This document shows, piece after piece, positions 27,834 to 37,983 of a stretch of 58,620 nucleotides of DNA. The notes beneath the pieces are model-generated. The model made no database searches and was not told where the DNA came from. It saw nothing but the letters and a program-made list of their open reading frames with translations. The position numbers and the translations under genes were made by a program. This DNA is from a virus (taxonomy: Duplodnaviria; Caudoviricetes): positions 1 to 58,620 of IMG/VR virus record IMGVR_UViG_3300031841_004380. The stretch is one strand, 5' to 3'. Numbering within the stretch: the stretch's first letter is position 1; the number at the start of each line of letters is the position of its first letter.

Positions 27834-28476
27834 TTATCTAAACATAGATATACCTACATTCTTTTGTTATTTAGATACAGGCTTTCTTTACGATAAAGAG
27901 CCTAGTATAAAAAACGACAGAATAGTGGTAGAAGTATTTTCTTTTACTAGCATACCTCAAAGATGTGCTATGTTTTCTGTGATGACTGAATATGGTAGTC
28001 AACACGCTAGAGTACCACTACAATATTTAAGAGCAGATGAAAGTGGTGGCACAGAATATTCTCTAGATTGGTTAGAACTGTGGGATAGCATGAGTTATTA
28101 CGCATCATGCAATATTAATCAATATACTAAAAATCGTTCAGCCAACATTATGCTTAAAGACAAAACTCTACATAAGGCTAAATATCTTTTTACTATAGAT
28201 TGGTGCTTAGGGCCGCAATATCAATGTGGTTATGGAGAAATGGCGGCTGGACATAAATGCGGACATTTCTTTGAAGGTGAAGGTGGTCAATATTTTATGC
28301 AGCCTAACAACAGGGTCTTGTGGGTTGATGGTGGTAGTTTTATTAGCAGAAAGTTTGACAAGAAGCCAGACTGGAAAGTATTTAGTCAAGAATTTAGCTG
28401 TGAACACCAAGGATCAAGATGGGTATCTGAATCTAACGAAGAAGTATACTTTTATGAGTTTAAGGAAAAAGAATGA
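27826..28476 (+). CDS. conserved phage protein of unknown function
   Basis: YLNIDIP, LELWD, YLFTIDW, HKCGH, QPNNR motifs recalled from phage proteins. Confidence 0.7.
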   Translation: MSNYLNIDIPTFFCYLDTGFLYDKEPSIKNDRIVVEVFSFTSIPQRCAMFSVMTEYGSQHARVPLQYLRADESGGTEYSLDWLELWDSMSYYASCNINQYTKNRSANIMLKDKTLHKAKYLFTIDWCLGPQYQCGYGEMAAGHKCGHFFEGEGGQYFMQPNNRVLWVDGGSFISRKFDKKPDWKVFSQEFSCEHQGSRWVSESNEEVYFYEFKEKE

Positions 28477-29129
28477 CGGTCAATTTAATTAGTGTAACTC
28501 CAGACGCTGAAAAAAACATAGCGTATTGTGCTAGAGTATCTAATCCGAATAATCAAAACAATGAAAGCTATGCAAGACTACTGAAGTATTGTATTGATCA
28601 TAATCACTGGAGTATTTTTGAGCAAGCTTTTTTAACGATAGAGATTAATACCACAAGAGGTATTGCTGCTCAAATTCTTAGACATCGTAGTTTTACATTT
28701 CAGGAGTTTAGTCAGAGGTATGCTGATGCCAGCTTTTTAGCAGAGGCTATACCTGTTTTTGAATTACGCAGACAGGACGATAAGAATAGACAAAATAGCA
28801 TTGATGATATATCTGATGAAATGCGTAATAAGTATAATGTTTTGATTAGAGAACATTTTGCCAAAGCAAAGGGTCTTTATGATCAGATGCTACAGGACGG
28901 AATAGCTAAGGAGTGCGCCCGTTTTATTTTACCCTTGGCTACACCTACTCGTTTATATATGAGCGGCTCAGTGCGTTCCTGGATGCACTACATACAGCTT
29001 AGATCAGCTAACGGAACCCAAAAAGAACACATGGATATTGCAAATCGGTGTAAAGATATATTTAGTGAACAATTTCCTACTATATCTGAGGCACTAAATT
29101 GGCGTTCTGGCCCTTCGGAAAAGAGTTAA
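28473..29129 (+). CDS. thyX: FAD-dependent thymidylate synthase
   Basis: HWSIFE, QILRHRSFTFQEFSQRY, KECARFILP, TQKEH. Confidence 0.96.
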   Translation: MTVNLISVTPDAEKNIAYCARVSNPNNQNNESYARLLKYCIDHNHWSIFEQAFLTIEINTTRGIAAQILRHRSFTFQEFSQRYADASFLAEAIPVFELRRQDDKNRQNSIDDISDEMRNKYNVLIREHFAKAKGLYDQMLQDGIAKECARFILPLATPTRLYMSGSVRSWMHYIQLRSANGTQKEHMDIANRCKDIFSEQFPTISEALNWRSGPSEKS

Positions 29130-29425
29130 GATATGCTACTAGGTCAGGTAAATGGCCTACACTAAGAAAAAAACATCTAGAAAAACAGCCATGTTGTATG
29201 GCTTGTGGGTCTTGTAAGAAACCGGAAGTACATCATATAGTCCCGGTACACCTAGAGCCAGCTAGGGAGCTAGACCCAGATAATCTCATCACGCTCTGTG
29301 ATAAATATTGCCACTTTGTATTTGGCCATTTTATGGACTATAAAAGCTGGAATGTGAATATAGTCAATGATGCTGCGTGGTATCTGCAAAATATAAAAAA
29401 TAGACCTAAAAAGTATGGTGTATAA
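29099..29425 (+). CDS. HNH endonuclease
   Basis: CMAC...EVHHIVP....NLITLC..YCH; start codon uncertain. Confidence 0.8.
   Translation: MAFWPFGKELRYATRSGKWPTLRKKHLEKQPCCMACGSCKKPEVHHIVPVHLEPARELDPDNLITLCDKYCHFVFGHFMDYKSWNVNIVNDAAWYLQNIKNRPKKYGV
29417..29424 (+). promoter_or_regulatory. GGTGTATA putative late promoter (cassette 1)
   Basis: Motif recurs about 35-56 nt before start codons at 216, 4342, 10109, 15456(-), 24780, 29417, 31743, 46862, 52170, 55155. Confidence 0.6.
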
Positions 29426-29465
29426 AAGCAAAGTGGTTATCTTTTTATTTTAGATGGTATATAAT

Positions 29466-29783
29466 ATGGCAACATATAAGATTAATGATACAAAAAAAAG
29501 TAATCAGCAAAATACTTTGTTTAATGTAAATAATCAAGGTAGGGATTATAGAAATCAGTATGAAAGCAGTCGGCAAACGACTACTAGAATGAACTACAAC
29601 AAGCCACTAAGACCAGCAACCGCATATCATCCACACTATTTAGTATCAATTCTATTGATGAATACCTTCATAAGAAATAATCTATATCATCCATACATTT
29701 CTTCTGGTAGTAATCTTAATAATAAACCATTTGTTTCTATTTATTCGTTTTACAGAATAATAAAAGAAGAAGAAGAAGAATAA
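29466..29783 (+). CDS. cassette 1 module A (AYHP family)
   Basis: MATYKIN...RPATAYHP...NTFIRNNLYHPY; paralog of 39994, 46905, 55211. Confidence 0.8.
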   Translation: MATYKINDTKKSNQQNTLFNVNNQGRDYRNQYESSRQTTTRMNYNKPLRPATAYHPHYLVSILLMNTFIRNNLYHPYISSGSNLNNKPFVSIYSFYRIIKEEEEE

Positions 29784-29785
29784 TT

Positions 29786-30505
29786 ATGTTAGATCCAGTA
29801 ATCATAGCTGCAATTAAAGCTTCACTTGATAGCAATAAAAAGGTTGCTACAGTTCCTTCGAAAAATAAAAATGATTATGATACTTGGATTCCAATAGTAA
29901 GTGATATAGATTGGGACATAATATTATCTAATATTAATACCAGTTCATCGAATGCAGCACCTGCTTTGTCTAGCGATATAGATTCAGATATTTTTGAAGA
30001 TCGATTCATATTAGCAAAGCCGAATGTACCGGGAGAAGCTGTTTATTTATTAATAGCTCCAGATATACCTTCATGCGGCTCGTGTCAACTTGTTGGTGGA
30101 GATTTTTCATTAAGAGGCGGCATAACTTATCCAAGCGGCGATGGGCCAGAAGGTAACACTCAGGGATACCCTCTAATTGCAACTAGTTGTGAAGAACTTA
30201 ACGAATATATTAGTATGGAGCCACTGATTGAAGGAGCAGAAATAATTATCGGTTATCCTATCGACTGGACTTTCCAATATGCAGACGGTGAATCAGTTAG
30301 CGGTAGCGGATGCGAAAATTTACCAGAAGATATTGCAACGATGTACTCGGAAGTAAAAGGTCTAAGTCAATCAGATTGCGTAAGCACTGATAGATTTACT
30401 CTTTCTTGGATACAGAATACTGCTATTGTGTCTACAGGAACTCCAGAGTCATATTTCGATCCATATGTATATTGTCAAGACGGTGGTTATCGATTAGAGT
30501 CATAA
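29786..30505 (+). CDS. cassette 1 module B (acidic Cys-rich, subtype B1)
   Basis: CGSC..VGGDFSLRGGITYPSGDGP...GYPL.ATSC...GYPIDWT...VSGSGCENLPED. Confidence 0.8.
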   Translation: MLDPVIIAAIKASLDSNKKVATVPSKNKNDYDTWIPIVSDIDWDIILSNINTSSSNAAPALSSDIDSDIFEDRFILAKPNVPGEAVYLLIAPDIPSCGSCQLVGGDFSLRGGITYPSGDGPEGNTQGYPLIATSCEELNEYISMEPLIEGAEIIIGYPIDWTFQYADGESVSGSGCENLPEDIATMYSEVKGLSQSDCVSTDRFTLSWIQNTAIVSTGTPESYFDPYVYCQDGGYRLES

Positions 30506-30524
30506 TAAGAAAGTATATAATAAA

Positions 30525-31751
30525 ATGAGTATATCTCCAGCAGATCCAATGTCTACAATATATTCTGTATACAGAAAAGAACCGGGCGTAACTGACCCTT
30601 CAGACCCTACTCCTGCTGACTTAAAAGAAGGAGGACCATCATACAGACCAACATACGAAAATAGGAATGGGGCGTGTTACCAATGGAGTACAGGTCCTGA
30701 TGGCGAACTATTTCCCGAGAGAGTATGGAACCTTTATGAAGATCCATTTATGGGTGATGAAAACAAAATTCCGAGAAATTTTTATTCATCCTACGGTTTA
30801 TTTATAGACACAGATCCATTTAACATAAAAGATAAAAATGGTCATAATAAAGCATTCGAAACAAAAATATCTATTCAAGAAAAAGAATATTATCCTATAT
30901 CAAAATCTTTAGCAAATATTAATGCTAGCTTGAATGATTATGATAATTTTTTGACGAGTATTACAAAAAAATTTGAGTATCGTAAAAGAAAAGTAAGCAA
31001 TGAATTAGGACTAACAATAAATTCACCAGTTGATCTTGGTAGATTGAAGATTACAATAGACAAAAATCATTTAAATAAAGGTTTAAGATTAACCATACCT
31101 GGGTGGGGAGCGATACTTAATCATCAAGAAAAACCTATACAAGAATGCACTCCACTGCTCCCAGCTAAGCCTAATCCTGCTTGGTTGATCAGAAAAGTTT
31201 ATGTTGTAGCAAATATAGATCCTGTATATTATGAATTGATTAATTTGAAGTGGAAATGGCTAAATAATAATATAAAGAATCCAAAACTAAAACTAGCCAA
31301 TTGGCCAGAAGCTAAATTTTTAGCTGTTAGAAGCAGTAGGTTTTTAGGAGGTATGGGTGTACTTCCTGATAATAGTTATACTTATGCAGTATTACCATTG
31401 TTTCAAGAGAATTTAAAAAATATTACAGCTGAACGTATTGAATATCAAGATTTGTCAAAACATCCATTTACAAATGGTTTTACTTTATTGATACATCCTA
31501 TTGAAATTTTAAGAGAAACAAGAGCTATATCTAGTTTAACAGTATATATTTATCAAGAAGTAGTTCACAACATAACCGCTGCAGAATTAGGATTAAAAGA
31601 TGGTTTGACAAGAAAATATTATTACAACGACAGCACTGAAATAACCGATAATTTAGAAACTAATACCTATAACTTTATCTCAGGTCCAGGCAAATTCCAA
31701 GGATTTCCGCATGATCAAGAGATATTTAATAAATATGTAAGTGGTGTATAG
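30525..31751 (+). CDS. cassette 1 module C (variable cargo, unknown function)
   Basis: 408 aa ORF after B; no recognisable family. Confidence 0.75.
   Translation: MSISPADPMSTIYSVYRKEPGVTDPSDPTPADLKEGGPSYRPTYENRNGACYQWSTGPDGELFPERVWNLYEDPFMGDENKIPRNFYSSYGLFIDTDPFNIKDKNGHNKAFETKISIQEKEYYPISKSLANINASLNDYDNFLTSITKKFEYRKRKVSNELGLTINSPVDLGRLKITIDKNHLNKGLRLTIPGWGAILNHQEKPIQECTPLLPAKPNPAWLIRKVYVVANIDPVYYELINLKWKWLNNNIKNPKLKLANWPEAKFLAVRSSRFLGGMGVLPDNSYTYAVLPLFQENLKNITAERIEYQDLSKHPFTNGFTLLIHPIEILRETRAISSLTVYIYQEVVHNITAAELGLKDGLTRKYYYNDSTEITDNLETNTYNFISGPGKFQGFPHDQEIFNKYVSGV
31743..31750 (+). promoter_or_regulatory. GGTGTATA putative late promoter (cassette 2)
   Basis: Exact motif 56 nt before ATG 31799. 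Confidence 0.6.
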
Positions 31752-31798
31752 ATATACTAACCACACATGCATACTCGTCGTAAAAAAAGAAGTAAAGT

Positions 31799-32767
31799 AT
31801 GTCGACATATAACATAAATCCAAAAGCTATTAGCAGAATATCTTTTAATAAAAATAAGAGAGAATATATACCTCCTACGACTACATTAGGTAGAGATATC
31901 ACTCTAGCAAACGAACTTTCCTCAACAGTTAATACGCCTATTTTTGCTAATGATGTTACGCATGTTGAGAGTTTGACTAAAACTAATGATATGGTCGCTA
32001 ATACCAATTATCCAGTCAATACTGCTGTATTTTTAGGGCATAGAATTCCTTATTTGCCTATTGGAGCTAGCACTGTTTATCCATATGAATCCGAAATATA
32101 TTCTACGTTGCCAGTGAATGATGGATATAAGCCTACCTTCTACCATAAATATTTTGAATCTAAACAGTATGAAAGAGTTGCAGAATTTCCTGACTCTTCA
32201 GTTCTTGCTGGTCTTTCTATAGCATTTGAAGATTTTATAGACAATCTACCAGATATAGAAACACAGTCAGCACAATCGTTTCAGACATTGGCAGAACCAG
32301 ATATCAGATATTTTTATTATAGGTCTATGAATGGTACTTGTCCTGCGTGTGAAGTAAATGGTCTTGAAATGATTGGTGGTGTTAGCTATCCAAGCGGTGA
32401 TGGGCCAATTGATGGTAGCGGTGGATATCCTCTTAATCTTACATCATGTGCAGATTATGATTTAGAAATAGCTAGACAAGCTGGTACATCAGCGGTGATG
32501 GATGAATTGACATGGACTTTTACTTATCTTGACGAAAGCAGTATTAGCGGCGTTTCGTTAAATCCATGTGATGAACTACCTTCAGATGTTACTGCTGCTT
32601 TTAGTTATGTTGGAGCTAATGAAAGAATCTGTGATTTAGCAGCAGAAACATACCCTAATATAGATATATCTATGAATATGTACGATACAGAAATTATTTA
32701 CACAGGAACACCGCCAAGTTCTCCTGTGGGTACACCGTGTTCCGATTTATTTGGAGAATATGTATGA
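31799..32767 (+). CDS. cassette 2 A-like/B fusion (subtype B2 core)
   Basis: MSTYNIN...YPVNTAVF...IPYLP, then YFYYRSMNGTCPAC.VNGLEM.GGVSYPSGDGPIDGSGGYPL...GTPCSDLFG. Confidence 0.8.
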   Translation: MSTYNINPKAISRISFNKNKREYIPPTTTLGRDITLANELSSTVNTPIFANDVTHVESLTKTNDMVANTNYPVNTAVFLGHRIPYLPIGASTVYPYESEIYSTLPVNDGYKPTFYHKYFESKQYERVAEFPDSSVLAGLSIAFEDFIDNLPDIETQSAQSFQTLAEPDIRYFYYRSMNGTCPACEVNGLEMIGGVSYPSGDGPIDGSGGYPLNLTSCADYDLEIARQAGTSAVMDELTWTFTYLDESSISGVSLNPCDELPSDVTAAFSYVGANERICDLAAETYPNIDISMNMYDTEIIYTGTPPSSPVGTPCSDLFGEYV

Positions 32768-33798
32768 GCGTATTTAGTGGGGGTGGTTGGTGTGGGTGGC
32801 CAAATGGAGCAGGTAACCGCACAAGTTATCTGTCATGGGTAGAGAATGCATGGTATTCAGGTGAAGAAGAGGGAAGCCAATACAATAAGAAGAAATGTCC
32901 TTCAAAGCCGGTTGGTATTGAACGTTATTTACCAACTTACTCCCCCAGTATTAAGCAATTAAACAACCTAGGCGATTCATCGTTTAGTAGCGCATATAAT
33001 GAACTAGAAACAGGAAAAGGATGTAAGTCCTTAGTGACGTGTAGCACAGACCCTGACATAAAGTATTGTGCAACCGGCTGTAGGGACGAGCTAACCTTTA
33101 GAAACTCGTTGCAGAACAAAAGTCTGCGTATAAGAAATTTGACTAATAAAGTCATTAACCATGTCCCATTTTATCAGGGCATAATCCCTATTCCTGGTGA
33201 AGAACTATTGGCGGCTACTGGTGAAATTGGTGGCGGATGGGGGGCAAGTTTAAGGCCTCCTAATAGAGTTAAATTCACCGGGCAAATCGAATATAAAAGA
33301 CTAAGTCCTATATTAGGAGGTCTTCCTGCGGATGCAGAGATAGAGACTATATCAGTAACCACTCAATCTCATGAGATAACTGGCACACTCGAGCACTATA
33401 CTCTTGGCGAAAGAGTTCGTTCGAAGACCGGGACATATAGCTTTCGACCAAAAGGCGGAGTATATTCTGCCATGAAGATAAAGACAAATAAGAATAAATC
33501 TGGGACTAAAACCACATATTCTGTAACAGAAGCTAGAATTGATTCTAATAATGCAAATTATACGATTGTGGGTACGGTATGTGTCCAATGGGGACTTTAC
33601 GGAGAACTTCGAACATGCTATCCGATTTACAAGTCAAATGAGCTGATTATTGAGAAGAGTATTGGTTCAGAGAAAACTATGGTAATAGAATTTGAGGCTT
33701 GGACTGATAGTGTAGTTTATGGAAGTAAAAAATGGGCCGGATGGAATGGTTCACAGCGTCGTAATAGTCGCACTAGATATAAATATACTTTAGGGTAA
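32764..33798 (+). CDS. cassette 2 module C (basic, Cys-containing variable cargo)
   Basis: ATGA-coupled to the A-B fusion; GGAG RBS. Confidence 0.75.
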   Translation: MSVFSGGGWCGWPNGAGNRTSYLSWVENAWYSGEEEGSQYNKKKCPSKPVGIERYLPTYSPSIKQLNNLGDSSFSSAYNELETGKGCKSLVTCSTDPDIKYCATGCRDELTFRNSLQNKSLRIRNLTNKVINHVPFYQGIIPIPGEELLAATGEIGGGWGASLRPPNRVKFTGQIEYKRLSPILGGLPADAEIETISVTTQSHEITGTLEHYTLGERVRSKTGTYSFRPKGGVYSAMKIKTNKNKSGTKTTYSVTEARIDSNNANYTIVGTVCVQWGLYGELRTCYPIYKSNELIIEKSIGSEKTMVIEFEAWTDSVVYGSKKWAGWNGSQRRNSRTRYKYTLG

Positions 33799-33846
33799 TA
33801 ACATGAACACATATACAAGTATTCCTCCACAAAATTAAGGATAGCT

Positions 33847-34842
33847 ATGTCAACATATAAAATAAATCCAAATAAAAAAACAGTACCAACTATTAATATA
33901 GCTAAAGTATATCCAGATCCATATCCTAATCTGGATACTAGATCTAAAGTAAATTTTTATAATACTGAAGGTACTGCTTTAGATGCAAACCAGGCCGCTA
34001 GGCATTACGGTAACATTCAACCAAATAGTTTTTTCCAAACTATTGGAGACTATACTAATAGCAGTATTAAGTATGGAATATATGTTCCATATCTGCCTAT
34101 TAGCGTAGAAAATTCTCCTGCTGACGGCACTGTTGAAACTTCTGATAACTTTTACACAGATAATATTGAGAACATAGACTATAATACTAACAATTTATTG
34201 ACTAACAGTAAAAGTATCAGCAAACAAAATAGTTTTACATTCTATAACAATTTACAAACTAGACCAATCACAAATAAAAAACACATTAAAAATCCTCTTT
34301 TTAATAGTCCTATAGGATTTCTTACTGAAGAAGAACTGGCGTTTTTTGAAACTATTCCAGATTTTGTGGTACAAAATAATGACTTTGAAATTTCAAATAC
34401 AGACGAGGTTTCTGCTTTAGCTTTAACATTGAGTAGATATGCTGCGCCAGATGCAGATAGTTGTGGATATTGTGCGGTATATCAGTGGGAATGGTCGGCA
34501 AACACGAGCTATAGTTGCGATCCGTCTGGTGTTCCTGACGGTTGGACGCACTATGTAAGTGGCGAAACATGCGGTATAATAGCTAGCGGTGTGTTCGGTA
34601 CATGCTCTAATCACGTTATTCCAACCTATGTAACAGATATGGTAGGTGATCTTTGGAGTCTTTCAGCTAGGATGGTTGGCGATACTTACGATAGCGAAAA
34701 TGAATGTAATGCTTACAACAACGATCCTGCAACCTCTGGCTGTTATGGTTGGATTCCAGCAAATGGTATGAGCATTTATCCAGTAACAGGAATTCCTGAT
34801 GGTTATGTTCCTTGTAGTGTTGAATTTAATCATATTACTTAA
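33847..34842 (+). CDS. cassette 3 A-like/B fusion (divergent B)
   Basis: MSTYKIN...GIYVPYLP; acidic Cys-rich C-terminal part beginning SCGYC. Confidence 0.75.
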   Translation: MSTYKINPNKKTVPTINIAKVYPDPYPNLDTRSKVNFYNTEGTALDANQAARHYGNIQPNSFFQTIGDYTNSSIKYGIYVPYLPISVENSPADGTVETSDNFYTDNIENIDYNTNNLLTNSKSISKQNSFTFYNNLQTRPITNKKHIKNPLFNSPIGFLTEEELAFFETIPDFVVQNNDFEISNTDEVSALALTLSRYAAPDADSCGYCAVYQWEWSANTSYSCDPSGVPDGWTHYVSGETCGIIASGVFGTCSNHVIPTYVTDMVGDLWSLSARMVGDTYDSENECNAYNNDPATSGCYGWIPANGMSIYPVTGIPDGYVPCSVEFNHIT

Positions 34843-34859
34843 CTTAATGGAGATTGGCG

Positions 34860-36008
34860 ATGGCCTATAATAACTATTATCAAAAGGTAGTGGGTTTTAG
34901 CAAAGGAGATAAGTATACGTGTGCAGAATATAATGTAAACTCATGTGAATGGATAGATGCTGCTCCAGGTTCTGAAATTCCCTTACCACTCCCTGTATCA
35001 TATATACGACGATTATTGATCACTAATCGGTATCTGTCGCTTATGAAAACCGTTATAGATCTTAGGTTTTTATCAAATGACATTGATAGTATACTAATAA
35101 CAAAAAACAAGATTTGTAGAACATTCTGTAAACACCGAGGTTGTGTGTTGTCGAGTTGTGATGCGTGTTGTAAGGGGATTGCTGGCCCTGAAGCAAAATG
35201 CTGGTCAGAATGGGAGATTGATAAGTTTAAAGATAACGAGATATGCTCGGGAACACCAAGAGCTGGGTTGGTAAAAGAAGGCTGCTGTGGATGCACTGTA
35301 TGCAGGTTGGATAACAACCGCAAATACGCACCTATAGCTAATTATAGCGTTGCGTCGTACACAAGATATAGAGGTATTGGCGGAAAACTTATTCCAAGCA
35401 AAATTATAAGAAGAACAGGAACAGCAGCTGGTATAAAGCTAGTCAACGCTAAAGAGGAAGAGGTTAAGGTTTATACTGGAAAATATTATAATAGGCGGCC
35501 AATCAATAATTCGTTTGAAATTATATCATCAGCAGATAGTAGTTCTACGGTTGTAACTACTTATAGGCTAGAATATAGAATGTTAACTAAAAATCTTTTT
35601 GAGATATATGATCAATATAATGGTGTTCCAGAAAGGCTAGGTAACTGGACAAATCCAATGGATGAAAATCTCAATATTCTTAACGGGGAATCAGACTCAT
35701 GGGAAGGCGAGATGGCAAAAATAACATTACGTGAAGTAACTAGTGTGATTATGGCACCTACAGAGAGCCTTCTTCCAGATGGGTGGTCAAAAATTGAAAC
35801 AGAAACAACAACTTATTTTACTGGTCCTGGTGGCGTACGGGTTTCTATCAGCAAATTTGGTGGAATAACCATAGATTACATTAAAACCCCTATAACCATT
35901 AAGGCTGATCAGCAAATACAGCTACAAGCACCGACTGCAATGAGTAAATTTCGTAATATGTTAACGAGTCTTTATTGTGGTTTTGAAGGCTTCAGCTATA
36001 ATACTTAG
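34860..36008 (+). CDS. cassette 3 module C, copy 1 (Cys-rich N-half)
   Basis: MAYNNYY...CEWID; TGKYY.RR..NSFE; WEGEMAKITL.E; LPDGW; Y.KTP.T.KAD shared with 36026. Confidence 0.8.
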   Translation: MAYNNYYQKVVGFSKGDKYTCAEYNVNSCEWIDAAPGSEIPLPLPVSYIRRLLITNRYLSLMKTVIDLRFLSNDIDSILITKNKICRTFCKHRGCVLSSCDACCKGIAGPEAKCWSEWEIDKFKDNEICSGTPRAGLVKEGCCGCTVCRLDNNRKYAPIANYSVASYTRYRGIGGKLIPSKIIRRTGTAAGIKLVNAKEEEVKVYTGKYYNRRPINNSFEIISSADSSSTVVTTYRLEYRMLTKNLFEIYDQYNGVPERLGNWTNPMDENLNILNGESDSWEGEMAKITLREVTSVIMAPTESLLPDGWSKIETETTTYFTGPGGVRVSISKFGGITIDYIKTPITIKADQQIQLQAPTAMSKFRNMLTSLYCGFEGFSYNT

Positions 36009-36025
36009 TTCAATAGGAGTTGGTT

Positions 36026-37231
36026 ATGGCATACAATAATTATTACAAGGTAACTAAAGGCTTTTCTCTGCCGAGAGGAGAAAGCTGCATTCCTGGATGG
36101 AATGAACTAGCATGTGAATATGTAGATGTAAAAACAGGGTCTGAAATGCCACCCAGAGGGATTACTGATGTCGAGATAAAACGGCTAATCGAAGCTAATC
36201 GAACCTCTGAGGGTGGGTTAGTGCCATGGGCAAAAAGTATGAGATTTTATTCAAACAATCCTGATAAAATCTTAGCTGTATTTAAAAATGTATGTAGATG
36301 TTTTTCTACACAAGATAAAACCCAAGGATTTATAACCCCCTGCACGGTACTAGGATGTCACTGCAAAATAATAATAGGTCCGAATACTAGATGTCTTTCG
36401 GATGCAGATGTTAAAAGACTTCAAAATTTTCAAGTATGTAGTGCTGGGATGACAGTTTTTAAAAAAAATAATCAACCAGTCGACCCATATAGCCCTGGCT
36501 GCATGTGCCGTCAATGTTACGATATACAATCTATTGTGGAGGTGGGAGATCCTGTAACTTCTTATGGGAATTTTAGCGATTACAAGACTCGGCGGCCTAT
36601 CAAGGTAATTCTTGCCGACGGCGAGGAGTATAAGACGCCATACAGAATTACAAGTAGAAGAGGCACAAAATCGGCACTACGATTAATCGAGGCTAAAGAA
36701 ACAGCTGTAAAGGTTATAACCGGAAAATATTATGATAGGCGATCTAAGTATAACAGCTTTGAATTTGAAGAACAAATAGATAGTAGTTCTAAAATTCAGG
36801 CTGATTATGAATTAACGCACACAATGACCTATAGTGATTTGATTAGACTCTCTGGTGAAAATACCAATATTAATCCTTTGATTGGTGCAAGCAACAACTG
36901 GGAAGGCGAGATGGCAAAAATAACGTTGAGTGAAGCGGCTAATATCGTTGTTTCACACGTTAAAAAGCTCCCCCTTCCAGATGGATGGATAGCAACAGAG
37001 ATATGGTATGGAGAAAAATTGGAAAACCTTTCTGAAGGTAAAACGGTTGAGCTGTGGAGACATCCCGTGAGTAACGCCTTAGGAGGCGTAAAAATAAAAT
37101 ATGTAAAGACTCCAGTAACCTTTAAGGCTGATGAGGATTATTCCATCACTCTTCCAGAAAAACTAATTAAAAAATATCCTCACATAATAATGAAGACTCT
37201 TGCTGGCTTTAGGAATATAACCCATGTTTAA
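36026..37231 (+). CDS. cassette 3 module C, copy 2 (tandem paralog)
   Basis: Same motifs as 34860; identical 26-nt block at 35700-35725 and 36899-36924. Confidence 0.8.
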   Translation: MAYNNYYKVTKGFSLPRGESCIPGWNELACEYVDVKTGSEMPPRGITDVEIKRLIEANRTSEGGLVPWAKSMRFYSNNPDKILAVFKNVCRCFSTQDKTQGFITPCTVLGCHCKIIIGPNTRCLSDADVKRLQNFQVCSAGMTVFKKNNQPVDPYSPGCMCRQCYDIQSIVEVGDPVTSYGNFSDYKTRRPIKVILADGEEYKTPYRITSRRGTKSALRLIEAKETAVKVITGKYYDRRSKYNSFEFEEQIDSSSKIQADYELTHTMTYSDLIRLSGENTNINPLIGASNNWEGEMAKITLSEAANIVVSHVKKLPLPDGWIATEIWYGEKLENLSEGKTVELWRHPVSNALGGVKIKYVKTPVTFKADEDYSITLPEKLIKKYPHIIMKTLAGFRNITHV

Positions 37232-37982
37232 AAAAATCGTCACTATACTTTTACTGTCTGCTAGTTTGTGTCTGGGTGGCACTATTGACCCTAGTGTTCC
37301 AGATAGTAAGTATGTAGAATATGGTAAAAAATATGAGTGCGTTTTACCTATAGCCGGAATATATGCTGATAAGCTTAATAGTCAGTTCAAGGCATCCTGT
37401 GTTGTAATAGATGAATATTATGTATTAACAGCCGCTCATGTAGTAGAAGGATCAATTACTCAGCATGTAATCTACAAGAATGAAGTTTATCCTTGTAGAG
37501 TTGTAGTAATACCGGTTGAATTTAAAAAAGATGTAAGTCTTGGGCGTAGTGATATAGCATTAGCTAAATTACAAAGACCATTAAAACTAGATTTCTATCC
37601 TGAGCTATATTCAGCAGACGATGAGGTTGGAAAAGTTTGTGGGATGGCGGGATATGGATTTACTGGTACTTTAAAGACAGGTGCTAATAGGCCATTTGAT
37701 AATACTAAAAGGGCTGGATCTAATATTATTGATAAAATAGAAGACGATTTTTTAATTTGCAGTACTGGTAAGGGCACGAAAACCACACTGGAATTCATGA
37801 TTGCACCAGGAGATAGTGGTGGTGGTTTATTTATTGACCAAAAATTAGCAGGAATTAATTCTCGTGTTTTTTCGACAGATGGCAGCGCAAACTCTGATTA
37901 TGGTGATGAAGGGGTTTTCACTAGGATTAGTGTATATTATGAATGGATACAGAATATTAAAAAGTTAACGAAAGACTTGTAA
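37224..37982 (+). CDS. secreted trypsin-like serine protease (S1)
   Basis: Signal peptide; LTAAH, DIAL, GDSGG catalytic triad. Confidence 0.93.
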   Translation: MFKKIVTILLLSASLCLGGTIDPSVPDSKYVEYGKKYECVLPIAGIYADKLNSQFKASCVVIDEYYVLTAAHVVEGSITQHVIYKNEVYPCRVVVIPVEFKKDVSLGRSDIALAKLQRPLKLDFYPELYSADDEVGKVCGMAGYGFTGTLKTGANRPFDNTKRAGSNIIDKIEDDFLICSTGKGTKTTLEFMIAPGDSGGGLFIDQKLAGINSRVFSTDGSANSDYGDEGVFTRISVYYEWIQNIKKLTKDL

Positions 37983-37983
37983 T

